From Scyliorhinus canicula (lineage: Eukaryota), in assembly GCF_902713615.1 (NCBI RefSeq), contig NC_052148.1, positions 228,431,336 through 228,495,335 on the forward strand: a DNA stretch of 64,000 nucleotides, given 5' to 3'. Under the pieces are notes generated by a model, which was not told the DNA's origin, searched no databases, and saw only the letters and a program-made list of their open reading frames with translations. This document shows, one piece after another, positions 1-11,130 of the stretch. Position 1 is the first letter of the stretch. The number at the start of each line of letters is the position of its first letter. Both the position numbers and the translations under genes were made by a program.

Positions 1-915
1 TTTAAATCCCACCTTCAAGATCGCCACCCTGAAAGTAAGAGTGGGCGGGGTGATGCATCGGAAACTTGAGAAAGTGAATTAAAATGCCACAAGCAATTTA
101 GGGCCTCCCGTGTTATGGTGGGTTGCTGTGCCCTGCACAACCTTCAGAAAGAAGTGGAATTTGTGGTGGAGGCTAATGGGGAACATGCAGCATCCTTGGA
201 GCAGACGGAGGAGGATGGTGAGAACCCAAGGGAACAGAGTACAGAGGTTCTGATGATGTCTTGCCCCATGGACCTGTATGGCAGAGAGACCTTTGATACT
301 CTCCAGGCAACAGCTCACCCAGGTTTAGCTAGATTTGAGGGACTTTACAATGGGATGGGAAGCGCTATATTAGGAGTGAATGTAAGTGCTGTCAACTGTT
401 AGAACAGAGCTTTGGGAGACTTCCATCTCTGTGACAGCTAATATTGTGCCTGACAAAATGTCTGTGCAGAGGAGTGCTAAAGGGTTGAGAGCATGATGGC
501 GGCCAGCTGAGAGTCCCTGGACACTCAGGTCGCCAGTCCTCGAGAGGCAATTGAAGCGTTTCCTGTACTGGATCCATATCCTCTGTTCTACAGACTGCTT
601 ACTTCCTCTGCTACACTGTCATATTGCCTGGTCAGGCTGCCTGGCCTCCTCCTGTCATTTATGGGGAACAACACCTGCCTCTGTGTCCTAACTGCTTCCG
701 GGGATACGTCCAAGTGCAGAACTTCCCTGTCTCTATTTACATCCGAATTATCACATTAACATTAGCACTGCCCACCTCTTTGTGCTACTTACCTGAAGAC
801 TTTTAAATCAGACTTTTAAATGTCTTTTTAAATCAGACTCACTTACTCAAGCACCCGGAGCATCATCCCACCCACTATCCCTAATTGAGCGGCGATCCTG
901 AAGGTGGGTTTTTTA
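1..915. mobile_element. PIF/Harbinger remnant with inverted arms
   Basis: ORF 115-402 begins VGCCALHNL plus an acidic tail, the C-terminal motif of HARBI1-type nucleases. Positions 1-25 (TTTAAATCCCACCTTCAAGATCGCC) are the near reverse complement of 891-915. Confidence 0.6.
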
Positions 916-1937
916 ATCAGGTATCTTACAAAAAGCACACAGGGAAAATCCACCATCATGTTCTGGGATCTGAAAATGGACCCAATTCACCATCAAAAAC
1001 AAAGGTGGCAGATGCAACCCGTTAGCCCTGTTTCTCCCACCCCAGATGCTGCCAGACATTCTGAGCTCTTCCAGCATTTTCCTTTTTTTATTTTTCACTT
1101 CCTCTGTGTCTTCTTCTGGAAAAACCACTCCTCCAAGTCACTTCCAAATATGCTTTCGAATTCCCAACTGTCTAGTTTTAAGTCTGTCATTCACCATTTC
1201 ATTTCTACACCCACTGATCTGCCAAATCACAATCTTTTTGTTTCCAGTCATACTTTGAGGTTGTGATTTTATGGTCCACAGTGCCCCTTAGTTTCACTGC
1301 TATGGGTGTCTTTTTGGTACATGTTCACGCTCAGTGCGATCCACGTTGGATGCCATCTTGATGATGTCAGCCAGCATGCAATGCTGACTTAATACCAGAG
1401 CTGTCATTTTCAACCGCACTGCTCCAGTTAACGCCCTATCTTTAACAGTCAGAGCTGATCATGCATTCTGCGGCAGGAAGGAGCACACCCGCTCCCTCCC
1501 CCACATCCCCACCAGCCCTGTATATGTCAGTTGCTGATTAGTTTGTACTGGATCTCTCGGAGTTTGTAGAAATGCTTGGTGGTTTACAGGGTTGGCTAAG
1601 TTGACACAAAGTGGTGCTACACATGGAGACCTCCTTGCTTCTGACTGCAAGGGTTCGAAGAATGATGTTTTCTCCCAGTTAGTGCTAACATGGTTAACAT
1701 TTCTCTTGGTCTGCAGCATCAGAAGGAGATGGAGTGGAGACAGCACAGAAGAATACAGCTGCTTGAAGGAGGAAAGGGGTGGACAGAACGAAATAGGACT
1801 CCCTCCATGTAGGGCCCATTCCAGGACTAATTCTCTTTACTCAACGGAAATCGGGAGCAGTGTGAGTATCGTTTGCACTTTGCAAAGTTGGTGCTCACAG
1901 AACTTTGCAATCCTCTTCATTAGAATACCGGACCAGA

Positions 1938-2167
1938 GGACGGCGCAGTGTTGCAGTGGTAAGCACTGCTGCCTCACGGCGCCAAGTTCCCAGGTTCGAT
2001 CCCGGTCCTGGGTAACTGTCCGTGTGGAGTTTACACATTTTCCCAGTGTTTGCGTGGGGTCTCACCCCCACAACCCAAAGATGTGCAGGCTAGGTGGACT
2101 GGCCACACTGAATTTCCCTTTAATTGTATAAAAAAGAACTGGATACTTTAAATTATTTTTTAAAAGG
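1938..2167 (+). mobile_element. tRNA-derived SINE (HE1-related, short subfamily) with 13-bp TSD
   Basis: A/B-box-like head (GCAGTGGTAAGCA...GGTTCGATCCC). TSD ATACCGGACCAGA at 1925-1937 and 2168-2180. Confidence 0.9.
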
Positions 2168-3999
2168 ATACCGGACCAGACCCCAATTTTTGTTAGGATC
2201 CCAGGCGAGAAACCCCAAACAATTTGGAAAGGATACTTCACCGCAAGAGTGATGACTCTGACCAATAGGTATCTTTTATGTTAAAAAAAACTTTAATTTA
2301 AACACAGGATTAACCACATTAACATCAAAGAAAATAGCTTTACAATTGTTAATTAAACAGATCTTAACTAAAAGGAAAAACTTAACTCGCTATTTACACC
2401 CACCACTACATATTTTCTAATTAAGCAACCTGATACAGTTCAAAGTCCACTCATAAATGAAGTTGGAAATCAGGGTTACTTGTTGTTACCTGTGCAGACC
2501 TTTGGAGAGAGACCCTTTCAGGGACAATCTAAAATTCCTTCTGTCTTGTCAGACTCAAATCCTATAGCCAAACTGCCAAAATTTATGACAGGCCTGGCTC
2601 CTCCCATTAATTACATCATATGTAGCCCACTAAGATGTCCCATGACCTGCTTGGTTAGGACTAAACAGAATCCCTTAAATTATCCACACCCCAGGGAACC
2701 TCTAGCAATCAAAACAACGTTATATTAGCCATTTATATGTAAACAGCAAATGGTTGGAATCAATGATTTTTAAACCAGGGTTTTTAAGAACATTTCTGCT
2801 ACAAATATAAAATATAATATATAACAATTTTGCACATCTTGCAGAAAGATGTGCAAGCTCAAAGCAGGAGGAGGATGTGAATGGCTGTGAAGGAGATTGT
2901 GATTGTGACCCTCAATTCTTTGCATCTGGCTTCTTCCAGGTTGGAGCAGGCGACAGTGGTAAAATCTCTCAGCTTGCCATCCAGTCGTGCACCAGACATT
3001 TGACAGATGTGTTTTATGTCAGGAAGGAGAGTTCTTTGTTTTCTATGACCAGAGAGAAGCAGAGTGAGGGTATGCATGTCTTTGCCAGGATAGTTGTCTG
3101 TCCCATGGTGCCATTGATTGCCTACAAATGCCATTTCAATGCTGAGATGTGCAGTGACAAAAAGATCACCACTTAGTGGGCCTGCAGTTGGTGTGTGAAC
3201 ATGCTCAACACATCATGCTGGTGAATGCTCACTACCCTAGCAGCAATCATGATGCTCTTATTCTCATCATCCTGCTATTTCCTCAGTATTTGAGCCACCA
3301 CAGCAAACCAGAAGGTGATTGCTATGCATTGAGGGCTATCCACTGACCACTGGCTCAACACTTTGCTCCACAACCCCATCACAACCAACATATGTACAAT
3401 GCACTACCTCACAACATACCACAGTGCAGGCAATTGGGATTCTTAGCCCTGCTGCCTGGATGGCTCTGGGGAGGCACTGTGGAGTGTGTTTCCTGATTTC
3501 TGCTAGTCTGCTGCACTCTCATCGGTCCATCGTGAGGACACCGTTCTGGCCACCAGGGATATGGTGAGTTGTTCAGGAGCAGGAAGAGGAGGAGAAGAAG
3601 AGGAGGAGGACAGGCAGACCGAATGGAGGAGGCAACCAACCCTTTTCCAACCAGGCAGCCAGTGATCGCAGAGTGTTTTCTGAAGACTCGGTTGTTCTGG
3701 GAAAATAACATTCTTTGGCATTAGCATTCCTTGCTGCTGTAAATACTAGATGGAAAATATTCCAATGGATAAGACTGCCAACTATGGTTTTGCTGCAGTA
3801 AACACTCACCTGTTAATATGACAGTACAGCTGAGACTGTAGGCCCCATTGCGACAGTTTACCAGCTAAAATCACAGCTTGCTGCACATGAATAGACAATC
3901 TTTTGTGCCTTTTATTCTCCTGAACCTTTTTTTGTTGTCATCACGACACACATTTTGTTTGAGGGTTTGAGGTACATTTTCTTTTCCTCTCCAAAGAGC

Positions 4000-5250
4000 A
4001 AATACAATTTGATTAGAGGCTCTCTCAAACCTTTTTCTTATTGAAACCATGGACCATGATGGGATTCATGCCGGGGACCCCAGACCATTGCTCGAGGTTT
4101 GTGGTTTACATGTTCAGTGACCTAGATCATTATACCTGACTCAATCAAAGTCAGTAATGTTTGGTTATGGGTTTGGGAGGAAGGGGCCTGAAGTTGCTGA
4201 TATCCCGTCGCCTATGGTTGGGCATCTCTCCCTTTCTCCTACACCTCCTCTTCAGAGGGAGGGGGGGTCTCCAAACCATGGGCGAATGAGGCCCATGGCA
4301 GGTGACATCTTTCATTTGCCAAGGCTTCTTGGAGCAGCATGATGGCACAGTGGTTAGCACTGCTGCCTCACAGCTCCAGGGAACCAGATTCAATACCGGA
4401 CTCGAGATACTGTGTATGGAGTTTGCACCTTCTGCCCGTGTCTACGTGGGTGCTCCGGTTTCCTCCCGCAGTCTAAAGATGTGCAGGTTAGATGGATTGG
4501 CCCTGATAAATTGCCCCTTAATGTCCAAAAAAGTTAGGTGGGGTTACTGGGTTACAGGGATAGAGTGGAGGTGTGGGCTTAAGTAGGCAGCTCTTTCCAA
4601 GGGCCGGTGTAGACTCGATGGGCTGAATGGCCTCCTTCTGCACAGTAAATTCTATGGTTCTTATGTACCCTCTTTCTCTTGCTCAAGTGTCAATCCCCAG
4701 ATCAGACTCTGGATGCACATCCTTGCAGGGCTGGCTTCTTCTGCCCTCTCCTGTCTTTTTCAGTGTCCATCCTGCTCCACCCTCCTTGGCACATCACACT
4801 GGCTCTCACAATGACTGCCAGGTAAAGTTAGCACTGAGCCCCTTGGCGAGGCTCTGAAACCCCAAGGTTGCTGTCCGCCTTTTGAAAAATTCAAAAACCT
4901 TCAAATAATTCCTCTCAATTGGACGACGATTTGCTTTAATTACTTTCCTGCCCTGCCCATGTGCAATATCCTCGCTCCATATCACCACCATCACAAAAAC
5001 CCAGAAACTCTGTCCTGATATTCTGTACTCTCCCATCTCTGAGCCCATTCCCAAAGACCTGGACAATTCCAGCCAATCATTCCGCATATCCACCATTTCC
5101 TTATTATCACTGACAATACCATCATTATAATTTTTCAAGGAGCCAACTTTGCTCCAATCCACCCTCTTTTCCAGCTGTAACCATAAAGGTTTTTTGTTTA
5201 TTTTGCTTCTTTTCCTTCTCTCTTGTTCCTCTTGCTGTCTCCTTTGTCAC
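4000..5250 (-). mobile_element. Possible degenerate L1-type ORF1/5' remnant, interrupted by a SINE
   Basis: Weak - strand similarity (KRR..F, PARM) to the C-terminus of L1 ORF1. Heavily decayed. Confidence 0.25.
4332..4662 (+). mobile_element. HE1-type SINE
   Basis: tRNA-like head, CCAAAGATGTGCAGGTTAG-type core and CR1-like tail GGCCTCCTTCTGCACAGTAAATTCTATG. Confidence 0.9.
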
Positions 5251-5660
5251 TGTAAAGTTCCAGGCGCGTGACCACACGGAAGCGATGACCGTTAGAAAAC
5301 TCAATATTTATTCAACCTACTAGATACAACTTCTCCTTTTTTGTTCCATGGAACCCTTGCTTTAGGGTGTAGCAACGGCCCCTCACCTCGGGTGATCACA
5401 TTGTGGGGAGGCCACGTGAACTCTGATGTTGCAGACTCCAAGCCTCTGGTTGGGTTATACAGTAACACCGCCTGAGTCCAATACGTCATCCATTTCGATG
5501 GCTGGAGGGGAAATATCTTTCTCCCTCATGGCACAGGGCTGTTTCTCAAGTGCCTGCTGTGCTGGGCCCGGTGGGGTGTATTGGGCTGGGGAGCGACAGT
5601 TTAGGCCTGAACACCTGAGTGGGTCCATTGTGTGGGGGTTGGCGGCCCCACTGGATTCGT
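5251..5660 (-). mobile_element. Gypsy 3' end: integrase tail, PPT-like tract and 3' LTR (about 5251-5467)
   Basis: The - strand reads CRSPAQYTP (integrase C-terminal RSPxRYTP-like motif), then GGACTCAGGCGG|TGTTAC...TTTACA with an internal AATAAA. Confidence 0.5.
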
Positions 5661-5719
5661 TATCTTAAAAAGTCTCCCAGCCTGATTCCTAATCCAGTAC
5701 AGAAGCCTGACATTCTGGT

Positions 5720-7070
5720 ATGGCTTTTGAAGGTAACATGCTGAATCTTTATCTTTATGAAGGAATCGAGGCGCAGAGGGACATGATTGAAGCACAGAGG
5801 GACATGATCGAGGCGCAGAGGGACATGATGGACGCGCAGAGGGACATGATTGAGCCACAGAGGGACATGATCGAGGCAAAGAGGGACATGATCGAGGCGC
5901 AGAGGGACATGATCGAGGCGCAGAGGGACATGATCGAGGCACAGAGGGACATGATAGAGGCACAGAGGGACATGATCGAGGCGCAGAGGGACATGATCGA
6001 GGCACAGAGGGACATGATCGAGGCGCAGAGGGACATGATCGAGGCACAGAGGGACATGATCGAGGCGCAGAGGGACATGATCGAGGCGCAGAGGGACATG
6101 ATCGAGACGCAGAGGGACATGATCGAGGCACAGAGGGACATAATCGAAGTGCAGAGGGACATGATCGAGGCGCAGAGGGACATGATCGAGGCACAGAGGG
6201 ACATGATCGAGGCGCAGAGGGACATGATAGAGGCGCAGAGGGACATGATCGACGCACAGAGGGACATGATCGAGGCGCAAAGGGACATGATTGAGCCACA
6301 GAGGGACATGATCGAAGCGCAGAGGGACATGATCGAGGCACAGAGGGACATGATTGAGGCGCAGTGGGACATGATCAAGGCGCAAAGGGACATGATTGAG
6401 GTGCAGAGGGACATGATCGAGGCGCAGAGGGACATGATCGAGGCGCAAAGGGACATGATTGAGCCACAGAGGGACATGATCGAGGTGCAGAGGGACATGA
6501 TTGAGCCACAGAGGGACATGATCGAGGCGCAAAGGAGATGACCAAGGCGCAGAGGGTCATGATCGAGGCGCAGGGGGACATGATCGTGGAGCGGAGGGAT
6601 GTGGCCCAGTGCCTGTGCTCCATGTTTGAGGGCATCAAGACCTTGGTTGTGGCAAGAGTGGGCCTCCAGGGCTGTCAGCCCAAGTGACGGTGGAGCGTCC
6701 GGAGCTCACTCTCGCCTCTCATAAGTCTAGGGAGTCGCCCAGTGCCATTGAGCATCGCGAGGGAGGAGGAAGTGTTGGGGCCTCTGCCAGTGCTTTCCGC
6801 ACGGGAGTCTGGAACACTTCAGCGCTTCTGCATCCCCCCCACCTGACACTGATGTGGGCAGTGAGCAGAACAGGGTGGCACCTAATCACCTGCGATATCC
6901 GAAAGTCAACCGGGCCCATCCACGTCCAGGCCCTCCAGAGGACGGCCGGCAAAGGCACCTCAGATCATAGGACAAAATATGCAGCAGGCTGCCTCCACGT
7001 CCGATGTGTGTCTGAGGCCACACCTAGAAGGAGCAGTAGGTCACAGAAAATAAGGAAGCTGGACACCAGT
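5720..7070 (+). pseudogene. Harbinger Myb/SANT-type accessory gene, C-terminal remnant containing the 21-bp expansion
   Basis: Restoring one base near 6535 continues the frame as ...MIVERRDVAQCLCSMFEGIKTLVVARVGLQGCQ. This resembles the coiled-coil C-terminal regions of the other Harbinger accessory genes in the window (44200-44400, 47760-48000). Confidence 0.55.
5765..6600 (+). repeat. 21-bp tandem repeat (about 37 good and 3 degenerate units) encoding the heptad IEAQRDM
   Basis: Unit ATCGAGGCGCAGAGGGACATG. 37 units fill 5765-6541 inside ORF 5720-6541, and degenerate units continue to about 6600. Confidence 0.95.
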
Positions 7071-7507
7071 TAAGTTTGCACGGGTGCAGCACATAGATTA
7101 GAGGTAGGGGTCAGGGCACAACAATTGTGTGTAGTCACAATTAAACACCCTTTCACCAACATTCCAACCTGCCTCAATCCTCTGTCTGAAGGGTGTGAGG
7201 GATAGGCTGGGCTGAGTTTAGAGAGTATGTTGCGTGGGGGTGTGTGAGGGGTTTGTGGTGTGCGGTGTGGGTGTTGGATGGGACAGGGCCCCCAGGACAA
7301 TTGAATGTTCCACCTGGGGTCACCCTCAATTGTGGCAGAGAACAGGGCCAGAAGTATGAGGCTACCTTGTTGGTTGGCCGGTTAGCTTACCCAGTGAGTA
7401 TCACATCACCGCTCACCATCTCTACAACACCATCCCCAGCCCAAAGAGTATATGGGCCTGTGAAACGGAATAGCCAACTTACATGCAGGGATAACCTGGG
7501 CAAACAG

Positions 7508-7709
7508 TGGAAGGTGAACCTGAATGAATGAAATGAAAATCGCTTATTGTCACAAGTAGGCTTCAAATGAAGTTACTGTGAAAAGCCCCTAGTCGCCACA
7601 TTCCGGCGCCTATTCAGGGAGGCTGGTACGGGAATTGAACCGTGCTGCTGGCCTGTCTTGGTCTGCTTTAAAAGCCAGCTATTTAGCCCAGTGTACTAAA
7701 CCAGCCTCT
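7508..7709 (-). mobile_element. tRNA-derived SINE (GGGGCTGGTTTAGCAC family)
   Basis: Near-identical relatives at 16332-16503 (+) and 45745-45930 (-). Confidence 0.85.
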
Positions 7710-8230
7710 AAAAGGCAGGAGTCAGACTTTGTCAAAGAATAAGAAGCTCATCTCACTGCAAGTCTTTATCAATTCATAAACATAAATCTTTGATTGCCAG
7801 GACCTAGCCCACTTCAAACAGAATTCAGTGCTGTCAATTTCCAGCTGACCACTTCAAAGTCACTCAAGTGTGAAGGTAGGATTGGAAAGCACTTAATTAT
7901 GTTTGAAGTGGTCCAGGAGCTGTCAATCAAATATTGATGTTTCTAAACATTGTTGTTAGAGTATTTCAGAGTTACTCAATCGTAAAGAAAGATGAATGGA
8001 GCAAAACGGACAGCTGTGTGTGTGGAAGCTGTCAATCACAGCACACTGAGGGAAATTAATGAATGGTTTGCAGCTGAAGGATCTGAGGGCGTTTAAGCAC
8101 AGGTCACTGCTTTCTCTTTCCAGGAATTGATACGTACTGCTTCCTCTGCAGGTGTATTTCCCAGGCGAGGTTTACAACTGTATTTTTTTATCACTGCATC
8201 TGTCTGGACTGCTCTCTCGCTTCCAGAAAA

Positions 8231-8326
8231 GGGTCCTCTTTTCTGGGAGGCTTCCTGACAGGGGTCTCTTTTCTGGGGTCACTCTGACAGGGGTCTCTTT
8301 TCTGGGGTCACTCTGACAGGGGTCTC
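8231..8326. repeat. Short 29-bp tandem repeat (about 3.3 copies) in Harbinger-like sequence
   Basis: GGGGTCTCTTTTCTGGGGTCACTCTGACA at 8261-8289 and 8290-8318, with one degenerate copy before and a partial copy after. Confidence 0.8.
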
Positions 8327-9258
8327 TGGAGAAAGGGGTTGGAGGGTGGCCCTCAGATGGATTTTGGGGGCAATTCCCTTAAGTAGCTACCCGCTAGGCC
8401 CACCTCGATATCCACCACATCAGGGCCATGCCTGCTGTAATTCCCGCCCACGTGAATCACGAGGGCCAGGAGAATATGGTGCCCAGCCCGCTCATTGGAT
8501 GCAAATGGGTCTTAGGTTCCTCAATCCCAGCGAGGAGGGCTGGAGAGCCTGCCACTGATCCTATTTTCTCCCCAACGTTGGATTCTCCACCTCACAGGAA
8601 ACTCCACTACCAACAGCACAAGGCAGATAATTTCACCCAGTATATAACAGCAACAGTCAAATTACCAGTACAGGATCTCATACAGGCCAAAGATCAATCC
8701 AAATCAATGCTTTCATACAGTTCAAGCTCAGCAGCAAAGACACAGCGTTCACACAGCAAATTCTTAACTCTCTAAGGAGCCTTCTCTGCATTCACAGTGT
8801 TGGCTTCCATCCTGGCCGGGCTCAATGCTCTACTTATATTGTCCAGCAAGGTTGCACAGCTGATCCTCTTTGCACTGATCCCTGATAGGGGTTTTCAATA
8901 TGACTTCCGAGGTGACTTCCTATGGCCCTCTTAGTAGAGGGAAACTCTGAGAATCTGATGAAGAAAGTATCGCCCTTCCAGCCCTCAGCCCCTGGTGACA
9001 CCACAAGTGCCTGATTGAAAGATGAGATGATGTTCTTCAGGCTTATGTGGAGATTCATTGGAATACTGCCGGAGATTGAGGGCAGAGAGGACAGTATGGG
9101 AGGTGTGTGAAGAATTAAAATAAGATGGACTGGCAGCTCAACGTCACGCTTGGGGACTGAACTGAGGTTTCTACGAAAGCATCACCCAATCTGCATTTGA
9201 TGTCCTTGGTATAGAGCACTGAGACAAGTAAATCACTAATACAGAATTGAAAGAAGTG

Positions 9259-9484
9259 ATTTTTTAAAAATTTAGAGTACCCAATTATTTTTTTTTCAAT
9301 TAAGGGACAATTTAGCGTGGCCAATCCACCTACCCTGCACATCTTTGGGTTGTGGGGGCGAAACCCACGCAGACACGGGGAGAATGTGCAAACTCCAGAC
9401 GGACAGTGACCCAGGGCCGGGATCGAACCTGAGACCTCGGCGCTGTGAGGCAGCAATGCTAACCACTGTGCCACCGTGCTGCCC
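9259..9484 (-). mobile_element. tRNA-derived SINE with 9-bp TSD
   Basis: TSD AAAGAAGTG at 9250-9258 and 9485-9493. Same subfamily as 1938-2167. Confidence 0.92.
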
Positions 9485-9559
9485 AAAGAAGTGCTTTTTA
9501 ACCGAGGATAATTGTTTGGGGCCTTGGACAGTGAGGAGAGAGGAGATAAAAGGGCAGGT

Positions 9560-10010
9560 GTTGTTTCTCCTATGAGGCTTGGAAAGGTGACGTGAGAATG
9601 AGAGGGGGTGTCATTATTTCTTGAGTTCCTGCAACCAATAAGCCTCGCTTCTTTGGGGTGTAATGTAGTGCACACTCCTGGTACTGATCTAGGCTTCATT
9701 ATAACTGTTGAACTTTAAGATGCCTTACTGGAATCATCAGCCATTATTGCATGGATAACCTTGATTATCAACTAAACTTGTGGGAACTCTGCAATGTATG
9801 TCACCAGGAATAGTATTCTGCCTTGTCTCATGGTGGGAGCTTTCTGGATAGCAGGCATTCATCTGCAGGATTCAGTTGACTGGCATTGCATACACATCAG
9901 CTGAGCATTAACATTTTCTTGTTGGAGAAACTGAGGGCATTTCCATTTGGAGTTTTGAGTGCATTTGGGACACACCATCAATCACCCATAACAATTGCAG
10001 GAATCGTGCC
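9560..10010 (-). pseudogene. Degenerate Harbinger (HARBI1-like) nuclease fragment
   Basis: The - strand shows decayed versions of the GVIDG..ALK.P and FSNKK...LS.VC motifs. Confidence 0.45.
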
Positions 10011-10344
10011 ACTGTAGAACTGGATTAGATCCCAATGGGGTTAGATCCCGAAGCCTCGGGTAGATCACACAAGCGCATATTAGAGTGAGACTAGCCGTTC
10101 ACTCTGATATACAGATTAGCCAAATACTGATCTTGCCCGCAATGGCGGAATCCAGGTCTCAATGTTTCGCGATATCCCATTAGATTTCGTGAGGCGTGGC
10201 AAGCCGGGTAAATCCGGGCCGGAAGAGGACTCTATGGGCAGCTACAGGCCGTGTCGCTCCCCAATTCGGGTGACCTGTGGATCGCGTTCATCTTTTCTTG
10301 TGTGCATAGAGTCATCTGTTTTGCATTCTAACATGGAGCCCAAT

Positions 10345-10738
10345 TGGATTGGATTGGGTTTTGTTTATTGTCACTTGTACCAAGGTACAGTGAAAAGTAT
10401 TTTTCTGCGAGCAGCTCAACAGATCATTAAGTACATGAAAAGAAAAGAAAATAAAAGAAAATACATAATAGGGCAACACAAGCTACGCAGTGTAACTACA
10501 TAAACACCGATATCAGGTGAAGCAAAGAGGGGTGTAGTGTTAATGAGGTCAGTCCATAAGAGGGTCGTTTAGGAGTCTGGTAACAGCGGGGAAGAAGCTG
10601 TTTTTGAGTCTGTTTATGCGTGTTCTCAGACTTTTGTATCTCCTGCCCATGGAAGAAGTTGGAAGAGTGAGTAAGCCGGGAGGGAGGGGTCTTTGATTAT
10701 GCTGCCCGCTTTCCCCAGGCAGCGGGAGGTGTAGATGG
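10345..10738 (-). mobile_element. Rex1/Babar-type LINE 3' fragment
   Basis: ORF 10549-10764 ends RRYKSLRTRINRLKNSFFPAVTRLLN, a typical Rex/Babar C-terminus. AATAAAC and a short repeat tail follow on the - strand. Confidence 0.7.
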
Positions 10739-10769
10739 AATTGAAGATATGCTTGGCTTTCCACAGAAT

Positions 10770-11130
10770 AATAGGCTTGTACATTTATAGAATGGCTACA
10801 GCATAGAGGAAGGCCATTTGGCCAATAATCTCTGTGCCAACCCTCTGAAGGAGCAATTCACCTCATGCCACTCCCTGGCCTTTCGTCTGAAGCCCTGCAA
10901 ATCTTCCTTTCCAGATCCAATTCACTTGTGAAAGTCTGAATTGAATTTGCCTCTAGGATACTCTCAGTGCCTTCCGGACCTTAACCACTCGCTGTGAAGA
11001 GATGTTTCCTCATGTCATCATTGATTCTTTTAGCAATTATCTTAGATCTGTGCCCTCTGGTTCTTGACCCTTCCACCAATAGGGACAGTTTACCCCTGTC
11101 TGCTTGGTCCAGACACCTCAGGTTAATATT
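10770..11130 (-). mobile_element. Old CR1 3' remnant
   Basis: Decayed match to the CR1 3' ends at 15135-15500 and 18700-19100. Confidence 0.55.

Noticed and set aside
2180-2826. Possible LTR-like element (similar-looking region at 51340-51660)
   Set aside because: I could not identify matching TG...CA termini with a TSD.
5601-6532. - strand ORFs (PRSCPSA, LDHVPLR, SIMSLCA repeats)
   Set aside because: Antisense readings of the 21-bp repeat.
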